Below are positions 52,266 through 64,000 of a DNA stretch of 64,000 bases, piece after piece; position 1 is the first letter of the stretch; each line of letters starts with the position of its first letter. Where the stretch lies: NCBI GenBank assembly GCA_951406725.2, contig OX597814.1, positions 90,210,001 through 90,274,000 on the forward strand. Reading direction: 5' to 3'. Position numbers and translations under genes: made by a program. The notes below the pieces were generated by a model, which was not told where the DNA came from, made no database searches, and was given only the letters and a program-made list of their open reading frames with translations. Origin of the DNA: Octopus vulgaris. Lineage: Eukaryota.

Positions 52266-53785
52266 AACTGGAGTTAAACGCAGATGTTATTCATATCTTC
52301 ATGCTTCCAATATATGTTTCCCAGAAACAGGAATAAAATGATGTAACACAATGCAATCTTATCATCAGGAGGAAATAGAAACAAAACGCATCAATTAGAA
52401 ATTTTAACCGAACGTGATTACTACCCATATGAGGAAGGGAACGCTATTACGTTATTAAAAAAAACCCCGTTAATATAAATAACATGAAAGGCAATTTATA
52501 GAAAGAGAAGGAAGAGGAAGAAAGAAATTAGCAGAAAATTTAAAGTCGTGAAATATAGTGCGATAGGTGAATAGAAATAAATGTTAAAGGCATAGAAACA
52601 TATATATTTAGTGGAAGTGAAATGTAAGTAGATAGTTAAAGGTAGAATTTTATAGACTGGCAGAAATCCCTAATAGGAACTAAATGTATGTTTTTGCAAA
52701 TATTTGCAAAGATAAACGCGCTTTGTGAACGTGTTTACAAGAAGATTCCCTGGATTCCCTGAGAACAGAATGAAATTATAGTTCATCGTTAGAAATCGAA
52801 CGACAAAATTTATCTTTATCATACGGAAATAATTTAGATAGACTATTCCATTCCAAATCAAACTGTTTATTATGTTCCTTTAGAAACCAAATTAATTTGC
52901 TGAGCTCAGTATTGTTACGTTTCTTGATATGTCTAAAAGAAGAGTAATGATTAGATATTCTTTGGACAACTGAGATGAAGAACAACCTATATAAAAAATA
53001 CGTCAGAACCGGACGTAATTTTACATTAGTAAATAGAGTTTCTAGTCTTAGTATTATTGCTAAGGAAACGAATGCGATGGGATCTTATATCAGAATTACT
53101 AATATTGTTGTTATTATTATTTAAAGAATGGTTAGTGTTAATAATATCAAGGTTACTATTTTCATTAAGTGAATTTGTATTGAACGACTTATTATGCGAA
53201 GAGATGATTTGTGAAATGTTTTGGGAGTTTGAAAACCCTATCCTCATTCGGTGTGAATTAATAATCGAATAGTATCTTGAATTTTTATGGAAAGTCTAAT
53301 CTATACCTTCACGAAACTGATACGAGGTTGGATTCGATCTGGTTACCATATGGAATTATCAACCAAACAATTATTCTAGGACTATCCTTGCCATTAGGCT
53401 AATTATCTTTAAAAGTCCTCGATGTACCTTTATAACGAAAAAAGGGTCCTAAATTACGGCTATCCCACTTGCGCTGTAGAATTACATTACTGTATTTGGT
53501 GTTGTTAATCGAACTAGAATTTATATTGTTAATATCCTTATGACTTGATTTCATCTCTTGATTAATAGAGGTAGAATTAATGTCAATAGGGTTATTATAG
53601 GTAATTTTTCCTTTATAGCCTGCTTTAAGTATGGCAGAGTTATAAAATTCTGCTTTATCGTTAAATATGTCAACATTAGCAGATAATCTAGAAGGTCAAA
53701 GTGAAATATTCCTAACTAAACTCCTTATAATAGCCTTAGAATGATTACTGAAAGAGCTAATATATTTCAAATTAGTTGAGAGTAG
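52266..53785 (-). mobile_element. 5'-truncated Penelope-like element: RT thumb, linker, GIY-YIG part and a 3' hammerhead relic
   Basis: KYISSFSNHSKAIIRSLVRNIS, IVWLIIPY, MRIGFSNSQNISQIISSHN and QRISNHYSSFRH..NNTELSKLIWFLKE. At 52374-52305: TTCCTC-CTGATGA-...-GAAA-CATATA-TT-GGAA. Ends in (TA)n. Confidence 0.85.
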
Positions 53786-53936
53786 AATGATCAAGCAGTC
53801 TTGTACACAGTGTATAATTTCCATATCAAATATGTAACATAATTTTTTTGAGAGTAGGTGCTTTTGGTACATGTAAGCCTCATGAAAATACACCTAGCTA
53901 CATTTCTTTTCGTTCTACTTTTATCATGTATTTCAG

Positions 53937-54043
53937 ATAAATATTTAGTCCAGCTTGAAATATATGGACTACTGGGGAAAGAATCATGTGAGGATTTGCA
54001 GGAAGAAGTCAGATAACTTCAGAGAAAAATAATGTCTTTTCAA
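53937..54043 (+). pseudogene. Exon-like segment (D)KYLVQLEIYGLLGKESCEDLQEEVR*LQRKIMSFQ
   Basis: Strong pyrimidine tract with tttcAG acceptor and a CAA|GTatat donor. In-frame TAA at 54014-54016. Confidence 0.25.
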
Positions 54044-54999
54044 GTATATATGTATGTGAGTTTGTGTAGCTATGAGTGCATATACACACACACACACATA
54101 CACACAAACGCACACACATATATATATGAATGTATATCTTACGATATGCATCAAATATCTATGAGTGCATACGTGTGTCTATGTATACACACACACACAT
54201 ATATATATATGCATGTACATCTTACGATATGCATCAAATATCTTACGATAAGTTGAAAAGAAAGGGAAACATATTTTTCAGATTTTGGGCATTTATAATT
54301 TATCAAGAATGCTTACAAAAAGTGACTATAAACAAATTTAGTGGGTTATTTTTAATGGAATTTCTTTCAATATAATTTTTTATGTCTTAAATAAAAAAAA
54401 AAAAGAGTTGATAAAATAAGTGCGTACATTATATGTGACAGAATACCATAAAGTTTTCTAATGCATATTCGTTGAAGACGAATTCTGAAAATGTATAAGT
54501 GCTAAAAAAATGTTATAAAAAATTCAATTAATTAAAATTTTAGATATAATAAAATAGGTGAACAAGGAATAAGAATATTACTGTTCAGGGTATTGATACT
54601 CTTAATGTATTAATATTTATTAATTGAAATTTAATGTAATGCACAGGTTGTAAATCTATGGGATATTTCCGTATAAAGAAATTGGCGAAATGCAAATATT
54701 TGCTGAAACATAATTATTGGTACGCTTCCAAATATTAGGAAGTATATATATTAAAGAATAATATCAAGTAGTCCATCGTTTGATATACAAATGTAATTAT
54801 GTGCTCCGAGAAAGATGGAATGCTATATCGGTACATTTGAAGCGACAAACCTATATGATCACAGTACTAGATTAGTACGAAATATCAAAAGTAGACCTTT
54901 CTGTTGACATAACTAGAAATCAACTCACTGAATTACACTGGTAATTCAGAAAAAGCCTTAGAAATTTTTACTTAGAAATAAAAAGTAAAACCATTTACA

Positions 55000-55035
<36 letters not shown>

Positions 55036-55154
55036 GCATACAGACTTACGTATATATGTGTGTGTATATATATATATAAATATATATATATATATCCATA
55101 TATACGTATATATATATGCATACATATATATACATGGATACAGATATACATATG

Positions 55155-55248
<94 letters not shown>

Positions 55249-55531
55249 ATATATATATGTATAGCAAATGTAAATAATTTGATTTCTTATTTCTAAGTAG
55301 AGATTTCTAAGGCATACTATGAGTTTCTAATGTAAGTCAGTGAGCTGATTTGTGGTTATGTTAACAGAAAGTCTACTTTTGATATTTGGTATTAATCTAG
55401 CACTGTGATCATACAAGTTTTGTAGCTTTAGATGTGCCGACATAGAATTCCCACCTTCTCAGAGCACAAATGTATATTTGTATATCAAAGAACGTACCAC
55501 CGGATATTATTCTCTGTGTACCACCGGATAT

Positions 55532-55574
<43 letters not shown>

Positions 55575-55646
55575 AATCTCTTTGTCTGTCTGTCCCTCTA
55601 TCTATCTCTGTATCTCTCAATCTATCTGTGTATCTATCTGCATATT

Positions 55647-55714
<68 letters not shown>

Positions 55715-56118
55715 TACATACATACACTCACACATACATATGTCCGCCTGTATGTATGTATGTATGTATGTATGTATGTATGTATGTATGTATGTATGTA
55801 TGTATTTATGTATATATGTATGTATCTATGTATGCGTGTGTGTATATTTGTATAATAAGATGGAAGAACTCTACAGAGTCAACGGCCATCCCATTATTAT
55901 ACGTACGTATGTATATAATTAGCTGATTTATGGATGTGCGTGCCAGGTGCGTGTTTTGTGCGGTGAACTGTTGGTGAGGGTTGGGTGTGTGTGTATATAT
56001 ATATATTTATATATATTTATTTGCATTTTTAATCCTTGATTATATGTGTGTATATTGCGTGTACGTGTTTTCTTTCATCTTTGATCGAACTGATATTATA
56101 TATATATATGAATATAAA

Positions 56119-56205
<87 letters not shown>

Positions 56206-56257
56206 ATATATATTTGTATTTTATTGTTATTTTATTTGATTTGTGTGTATTTGTGGA

Positions 56258-56820
56258 TGTAGTTAAAGGGGTAGATGGAGATCCTAGGTTTAAGAAACCC
56301 GTGAGGAAGGCAATCTGTCTAGGAAAAGGTAAGTCTGATTTTCAAATCCTTCACTGCTGTCTTCCAGTTAGCCTTTGGTTGGGCAACTTTGATATAAAAC
56401 CACTGGAGAGGTTAAACTCCGGGATAATAAAACATGTGACCTCCATAATCACCCAGTAATCTTGCCTTGGTTTGTCACTGGATATCAGATTTTGTGGGAA
56501 GAGGGGGTTCTATGCGTATCGTATAAGCGTGTGGCATTGATATTGAAATGTACAGATATCCCTTCAAGTCCCACGGTGATGGAATAGTGGCGACATGTGC
56601 AGGCTTAATGGGCTGGGAGCGCATAGTCACGAACCTACACCTGGACGACTCAGGGCCCATCTAACGTCACTGCATAGCTGAAAGAACAGCAGCATGCCTC
56701 GGTGAGGCCGAGAGCGTCTGAGCAGCCCTCTCTAGGGTAGCACTGCTCGCTCAGAAATCTGGGAAAGGTCTAGAAGATGTGACCCAAGCGATTGCCTGTT
56801 CTACCATCAAGCTGGTAGTA
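56258..56820 (+). mobile_element. Probable RTE-clade LINE 5' region relic
   Basis: GGCAATCTGTCTAGGAAAAGGTAAGTCTGATTTTCAAATC resembles a motif recalled from RTE 5' UTRs. Elevated GC. Confidence 0.35.
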
Positions 56821-57139
56821 TCTCTTCTATTTTTTTAACCACATTCGTGTCCAAAGGGCAGCTGATTTTCATAACAGAACATATCTTTACCACGTGGTCC
56901 CATAGAACGCTACCTGGCCGGTTTGGTTTCAACTTGATGGCTATTTTAATTTTTAAGTTCCACCACTATGTATGTATGTATGTATGTATGTATGTATGTA
57001 TGTATTTATGTATGTATGCATGTATGCATGCATGCATGCATGTATGTATGTATGTATGTATGTATGTATGTATGTATGTATGTATGTATGTATGTATGTG
57101 TGTGTATGTATGTACTAACGGTTTATTTACATTAATATT

Positions 57140-57860
57140 GCAACGTTCGTAAACTAATTTCTGCTGCCTAGCCAGGGGGGAAATGGAATGGGCCATGGCC
57201 TTCTCAGACTCTGCAAGAGCGATGTGATGAATGTAGTTAACCTTCCACTAATAGCATTTCCTTTTTTCAAACTGGGTGGGGTTGTTCTAAAGAACCAGCT
57301 TTCCTGAGAGGAATGACTGCTTGTAGCAGTTATTGCTATACCTAGGAAATTAATGTATGTGAAGAAAGACACAGTAAAATTGCAGGCCAGTTCGAGGAGA
57401 CGATATCATGGAAGAAGCGGTAGCAATCGCAGAAAGACGAGATCGCGTTTCACCTGAGCTTTGTAAATCTGCAGTAGCTGTAGCTGGCGGCTAAAATATC
57501 TTCTATCTCTGGAATTATAGCAAGTGTTTTGAAGCGTATCTGTTATATCTGCGTATCTGTGGAATATATGTTCGACAGCAAAGAGCCAACATAAAGATAA
57601 TGTCTTGCATTTGCTTCATATGGGCGACTGATAGCAATACCGTAGAAAATTAAGTCACAAACTGGAAACCAATGGTGAAAGTCTACAACGGAGTACACTC
57701 CTACAGAAGCATCCAGGGTCAAACTGGTGATATTTCACTATCGGATTATGAAGACTACCAGCTGAGATCAGGGGCGAATTCTCCGAATGTTTAATCAACT
57801 CGAAGTCATGATACAAAGGCTTGGAGAAGACTTTTGACGAAGGTGCTGATTAGTCGGAAC
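57140..57860 (-). mobile_element. Decayed RTE-clade RT N-terminal fragment
   Basis: ADIYKA-like motif, then KKGNA...HIAL(L)AESEKAMAHSI, matching the KKG...NYRxIxLL...K...I pattern across frameshifts. Confidence 0.45.
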
Positions 57861-57884
57861 AATGATGCGAATTTTTCTGATGTA

Positions 57885-58020
57885 ACTATCAATTACTGTT
57901 CTGGTTTATAATGATACTATCAATTATTACTCTGGTTTATATTATTAATTTCAATTATGAATCCGGTTTATGCAGTTAAAATTCAAATGATTCCGTTGTT
58001 TAGTTAAAATTATTCTGGCT
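57885..58020. repeat. Degenerate ~31-bp minisatellite (about 4 units)
   Basis: ACTATCAATTACTGTTCTGGTTTATAATGAT / ACTATCAATTATTACTCTGGTTTATATTATT / AATTTCAATTATGAATCCGGTTTATGCAGTT. Confidence 0.7.
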
Positions 58021-58447
58021 TCTTCAATTGCCATCAAGAAATTTATGGCTTTTAGCCAGTATCAATTCAAACATTAAGAACTGATTTCCAAATGACTTCT
58101 CAATGGATGCCATTATTCGAATTTCTTGTAATCTCTTTCAATGATATGTTATAAAGGTTATTCGCTAACTTACACTATAATTAGTAAAATCATCAGAACG
58201 GTACTTAACTCCTTGGCAATACGAATTCCAGATAGTTGCCTAAAGATTCTAGATGTATACTTCATCTAGAATTCTTCATATTTTCAGTCTATCTTTAAAG
58301 GGTAATATTAGTAATATGCAAATAATGAATCCAAATTGATTTCGTGATTTGTAATAAATATGAAATATTATGGGATTATTATCACATCTAGAATATTATT
58401 TCGAAATGTATTTTTCTCAAAACTGAGTCGAAAGCAAATCGTATATT

Positions 58448-58778
58448 TATTTTTTTATTGCCCACAAGGGGCTAAACATAGAGGGAACAAACGAGGACAG
58501 GCATAAGGATTGAGTCGATTACATCTACTGCAGTGCGTAGGATGAAAGGCAAAGTCGACTTCGGTGGAATTATCATTATTAAGGTGGCGAACTGGCACAT
58601 TCGTTAGTACGCCAGGCTAAATGTTTTGAAATATTTAACCCGTCGCTACGTTGTTATATCAAATCCCGCCGAGGTCGACTTTGTCTTTCAAAAATGAAGT
58701 ATCAGTGAAACATGGGGTGATGTAATCGTCACATCCCTTCCCTAAAATGACAGCCGCTGTTGCAAAATTTGAAGCCAT
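58448..58778. mobile_element. Two Nin-type SINE copies back to back (58448-58571 minus, 58581-58778 plus)
   Basis: GAAAGGCAAAGTCGACTTCGGTGGAAT versus ATCCCGCCGAGGTCGACTTTGTCTTTC. (TTG)n(TTA)n tail. Confidence 0.8.
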
Positions 58779-59336
58779 TGTTGTTGTTGTTGTTGTTGTT
58801 ATTGTTATTATTATTATTATTATTAATTACAAGAAAAGCAACGAAACCGAAAAAAATCACTACGCATTCTCAAAGCACAGTAATCTCTGCTTTGAAATGT
58901 AATGAGGACATGATATAAAATTAGGAGTATTAGATGATATATTATAATACTCAAGAGGGGACATGTTACACAATCACAAACACACATGCACATAGACACA
59001 CTCCCTCTCAGAGATGTTCAAATATAAATATCAACGTACTATCTGCCAACACACACATACTCTCACACGCATTCTTTTTATGTATATATATATGATGTGT
59101 ACGTATTATATGTGTTTGTGTAAGCTATATCTCCCTCTCTTTCTCTCTCCACACACACATCTTTATATAATCAAGTATATGATGTTGTATATATAAATGC
59201 AAAATGCTGTATGTATTTCATTTCTAATTCATATAACTTTTACTTTATTAGTTGCATATTCACCGTATAGCTGTATTTCTAAACAAAATATTTTTATCTC
59301 ATTTTTTTGTTTGGTTTTGCAACAGGCAATGTTCTA

Positions 59337-60592
59337 TTAGATCGTCAAGTATGAAATTTGTGATAAAGTATATAGTAAAGTGTGGTAGCTGCTCATTTTG
59401 CACCATTATTATACTTTGACAAGCTTTACTTTTTGTTAGAAAGCTGACACATCTATTTCTTTATTCTAACTCATTTTGCGTTTCATAAAGTATTAATAAA
59501 TCTTTTTTGCTATTTTTCTTTAGAGATGGATTAGTCAGAAATTCGTAGTTTTGAAATATGAGTTCTTTCTTGGAAATACAGTATCACAGACACCTCGTAA
59601 TATTAATGGAGTATTTCATTCTTACGTTATTACACAGCAGACAGTATCAAATTTGTTTACTAAATTTCGTTCTTGTAACTTTGACCTCACAAATGAGCAA
59701 CGCGGTCGACCTGAAACAAAGGTGGTTAATGATGAACTGAAAGCACCTGTCGAGTCAGATCCATCTCAAAGTGCCCATGAACTATCGTTGTTGTTTGATG
59801 ATAGCTATCAAAACAATATTAACTCATCTAGTTCAAACTGGTAAGGTGAAAAAGTTGGATAAGTGGGTTCCTCATGAACTCAATAAATATCAGAAACAGC
59901 AAAGTTTGGAAGCCTGTATTATGCTACTGTCTCATCACAAAAATGAATTATTTTTTAATCGAATTGTAACATGAGATGAGAAATGGATCCAATACAACAG
60001 CCGTAAACGTTCAGCACAATGGCTGGACAAAGACGAGCCACCAAAACACAGTCGAAAAAGCAAAATTCATCAAAAGAAGATTATGGTTTTTTGGTGGTCT
60101 GGCGCTGGTGTGATCGTTATGATTTAATTAAACCTGGATCATCAATCACAGCGGAAGTATACTGCAGTCACCTCAACCAGATGATACAGAAATTTACTAA
60201 AACAGCATAGATTATTCAACAGATTCACTCCTATTTTATTGCGAGACAACGCCAGACCACACACCGCAAAAATGACACTGGTGAAACTACAGGAGTTGGA
60301 GTTGGAAGTTCTCCATCATCCACCATACTCACCTGATCTTTCCCTCACCGATTACCATTTCTTCCAGAATTTGGATAAATTTTGATAGGAAAAACGATGC
60401 TGTAAAACAGGCATTCGAAGATTTTATTGGCTCTAGATTGCCAGGCTTTTGCAATTCCGGGTTGGACAAGCTACCGCTAAAATGGCAAAAGTGTATTGAC
60501 AATATGGGTGCATACTTTGATGAATAAAGATATTCCTTTTATTTATAAAACAGTAAACTTTTCTTTTTCTACAAATTTCATACTTGACCTAA
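59337..60592 (+). mobile_element. Full-length decayed mariner (DD34D, cecropia/mellifera-like); transposase relic about 59526-60527
   Basis: TIRs TTAG(atc)GTCAAGTATGAAATTTGT / ACAAATTTCATACTTGACCTAA with TA flanks. Motifs RGRP, WVPHEL, DEKWIQY, DNARPH and HPPYSPDLSLTDYH. Confidence 0.93.
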
Positions 60593-62485
60593 TATTAAGA
60601 ACAGTACCAAGACGGATATATAACTTTATTTTTCTAGTGAACATTTTAGAGACTTTTCACTACAGAATACAGTAATGACTGCATATGTGACTTAATACAT
60701 CCATCATATCAGATTAATTACCAATTGTGTCCATTAGCTAAGCCTGCAAACGTAAACACTGTGATTTCTTTCTAGGGAGACAAAAGAAGCGACGTATAAA
60801 GTGGTCATCCGACCTATTGCCAAAAGCACCAACTGTCCACCAAACAGCATACTACAGTCTTAAAATATTCAGGCACATTAGATCATTTCAATCAATATTA
60901 ATATTTCGACAGTTGAAACTGGTATTATTGATATGTCGTTAACAATTAGTCAGATGAACAGCGAAAGGAATGACAAAGATGAGCTTTGCCTCATCGCCCA
61001 CTACTCTATTATACTTTATGTATTCACTGTTTTTCAATCAATATTTCCTCTCTGTTTCAACTACCTGGTCTCTTAACAAACAATTTCCCTATTCACTTGA
61101 AAATACCTTCCTCTCTAGTTACTCAACTGAATACAATGGATCTCTGTCAATGATGAGCATTCAGTTATTCAATCAACGGAACTAATCGGTTCATTGAAAT
61201 ACAGTGTTAAATGATTACACATTTCACAGACACGTTGGCATGGGAGGTAATCCTTTGGTGGAATCAGCCTGAGATTCACAAGTCTGGGCCTTTCATTTAC
61301 GGTTACGATTCAACAGCTACCAATGTGTTTGCAAGTCTTTAGTTTTAGTTAAAATTTACATTGAATCCAATAACATAGCAAAAGGCACTTGTTAAAGTTG
61401 TCAAGCAATTCGATCGAACTGTCATATCATGGTTGTAAAACAGACTCCTTAACTTCTCGTTCAGAGAAAATAGAACTCATTAAATCACATAAAAATATTC
61501 CTGTTTTCATGAAATATTCATATAATGCGTAACCTTATATATATATCCGCTTGTCAGATAAGTTACTATCTAAAAACATACAACACCACATATATCCAGG
61601 TTTGACCTATAAAGCAACGACTAGAATTATCTAAAAACCAATACCTCAGTACATATCGTAGATATTGTAACGGTAGTGCATCTAAACATAACGTCTGTAT
61701 GTAAATGTGTTCTTTGTCTCCGTATTTTGACATGCTAAACATATGCTGGCGGCCTCATCGATTATAGTTTGATGCATTAGATATTATTTCTTAATGAAAC
61801 ATAAAGAGTTGAATTCAAAAAATCCGGATGTTTCTCATTACCACGATTTCGGACACTGAATTTCTACTCGAGGAAAACATATATATTGGAACACATTTAA
61901 ACTACGCAAGTACAAATATAAACGCACATGCAAAGGATTTAGACGTTTAGCAAAGATAGGAGCAAACGAATAGGACATAAATAGTATTTATGACATCAAA
62001 TCAGGCAAGCGAGAAAGAAAATTAATGATATAGGCTTTGCAGATCAGAGAAATATAGAATTCCCCTCAGAGACAGTGTATACGAAAATGTAATTATACAT
62101 CAGATCTAATCGTATGGTACAACAGTATGGCCTTTGGCGGCATTTGCCATTTCGTGTAAGTAATATAGATTCAATGACACAAAAACCCACACCAAAGGAA
62201 TAATTGCAAATACTTCTAGTCTTTGAAGTTAAAATTGCATTTACAACAATCCAAAAAGAAGTAGGAATAGAGTGAACAAATAATTTACTTTTATTTTTGT
62301 CTAGAGGCGACATGTAAATGAGCTTTTTATGCATTTAGCGAAGTTTACATTCATAAATGCTAGCGTCTATATTTTCAGTCTAAGGATGGAAATATGGTAG
62401 CGATAATATTACTTTGACTCTCTTTAATCATTAAATTAAATTCTGAAATATAAAATAACTGTGCAAGAAATTATTTTTGTAACAT

Positions 62486-62527
<42 letters not shown>

Positions 62528-64000
62528 CAACCCCTTCTTTCTATAAAAATATAGATAACATTCATATATTGTTTGTGTGAATATAAATACTTTAAAAAAT
62601 AACCATACCGAAAGGCGTGTGGTATATTTTAATTATATTTGGTTTTCTCACAATTCAGCTTTAATGTTCATATAGTCTATTATCTCAGAAAAGTTATTAA
62701 CTGATAAACTGTGTAAAACTGTAAGGTGCTAACGTGACATATTATCGCGCAAATGAAATCGTAGCTAATATGACGTAATGTTATTTAAAAAAATAATAAA
62801 TGACGTAGTAGTTTTTGCGTAAATTCAAAAATAACATATATTTATGAAGCGAATCATTTGGAGAAGAAATTAAAATTCGAAGATTGATAATTAACCTTTG
62901 TATTTAGACATAACATCTCACATATTAACATAACTTCTTGCGATAGTTATTGAAGCAGCATTAAGGCAGATGTCAGTTACATAAATCGCCGTTACATTAG
63001 GGTACAAGGTCCCAATAATAATCTTATTGATTACTAACATCAGATTCAAGTATTATTAGGATTACAAACGGGTCGTTAGCTTCGTTCGAAACATTGGTCT
63101 TAGAAGGAATCAGTGTAACAAATTTACGCGGTTGATATTCATTTTGTGCAGTAGTGCATAATACAATGTGCATAGCGTGACAATGAATGTGAAGTTTCTG
63201 GCATATTTCAGAGCGATTACTTGGAAATGGCTACTACAGTAAACCTGAGTTGCTATTATCGCAAAATGTATGTAAATCAATTGTGTAAGCTGACTGTCAT
63301 ATTTGATATATTATGCTATATACAGCTATTAAATAAGAATGCAAATACAAAACTGAAAGTACTTTAAAATACTTTAAGCACAAAATATATAACTTCTACT
63401 TTCAGGTGCATTGATTTTTTGCTTATTCGTTAATACGTAAAATGACTTTATATGCAACTATCGAATGGTTCAAAAGAAACAGGTTATTGATAATTAGAAG
63501 ACGCGTGTTGATTTTTATAAGAAGCGAAGAAAATCTTGTGAATTTCAGATACGCTCAAAGGAAATTTGAAGTTATTATTGCTATAGAAAATCGTAATATT
63601 AAAACAAAAAAAGTTTTACATGGAAACAGTCCACTCTGATGTAATATAACGAATGAATTCTATTTTCTTTATTCAGAATTAGTGATCGTCCTATGTAATA
63701 GTTATCCCAATTAATAGATTAAAGGTCTGTATACACGGCAATATAGACATTAAATTTGCCATGGTAACATGCATGGATTCGATTGTATATTTAGAAGAAA
63801 TACATTAAACTATCTGTCACATAATTCAAACTTTTGAAGGGAATGTTTTAGACTACAAGACAAATGAGGATTAATTTTGCATGAAATATCTTGTCAAATT
63901 ATGTTTTTTGTGCACCGTAATGTATAGAGTGCAATATTTGAAAAATTAGAATCATAGGTTGCCATAAAAAAGATATTAGCTAATATCTGTTATTTACAAA

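Noticed and set aside
57885-58020. Regularly spaced ~31-bp repeats as a CRISPR array
   Set aside because: The units are head-to-tail with no unique spacers, there are no cas genes, and the context is eukaryotic.
58247-58271. 9-bp hairpin TTCTAGATG/CATCTAGAA
   Set aside because: Short, AT-rich and expected by chance in 64 kb.

Overview
AT-rich, microsatellite-dense eukaryotic DNA that is intronic or intergenic. The SINE families and repeat content point to an octopus (coleoid cephalopod) genome; this is an inference. No host gene can be confidently assembled, and nearly all ORF-track entries are translations of simple repeats. Recognisable content: two near full-length mariner elements and one Tc1 element, a maT-like fragment, CR1/L2-group, RTE, Tx1/L1 and R4/Dong LINE relics, several tRNA-derived SINE families, and many Penelope-like (PLE) fragments inserted in (TA)n/(CA)n tracts. 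The most notable pattern is about a dozen minimal type I hammerhead ribozyme (HHR) motifs read by eye, most of them decayed and several with a CCGANGA core variant. Three of them lie in non-coding 355-470 bp circularly permuted or terminally redundant units resembling retrozymes or non-autonomous PLEs. In one of these the boundary of an inverted duplication falls within 1 nt of the predicted self-cleavage site. All calls are by-eye readings with no database search or folding computation.
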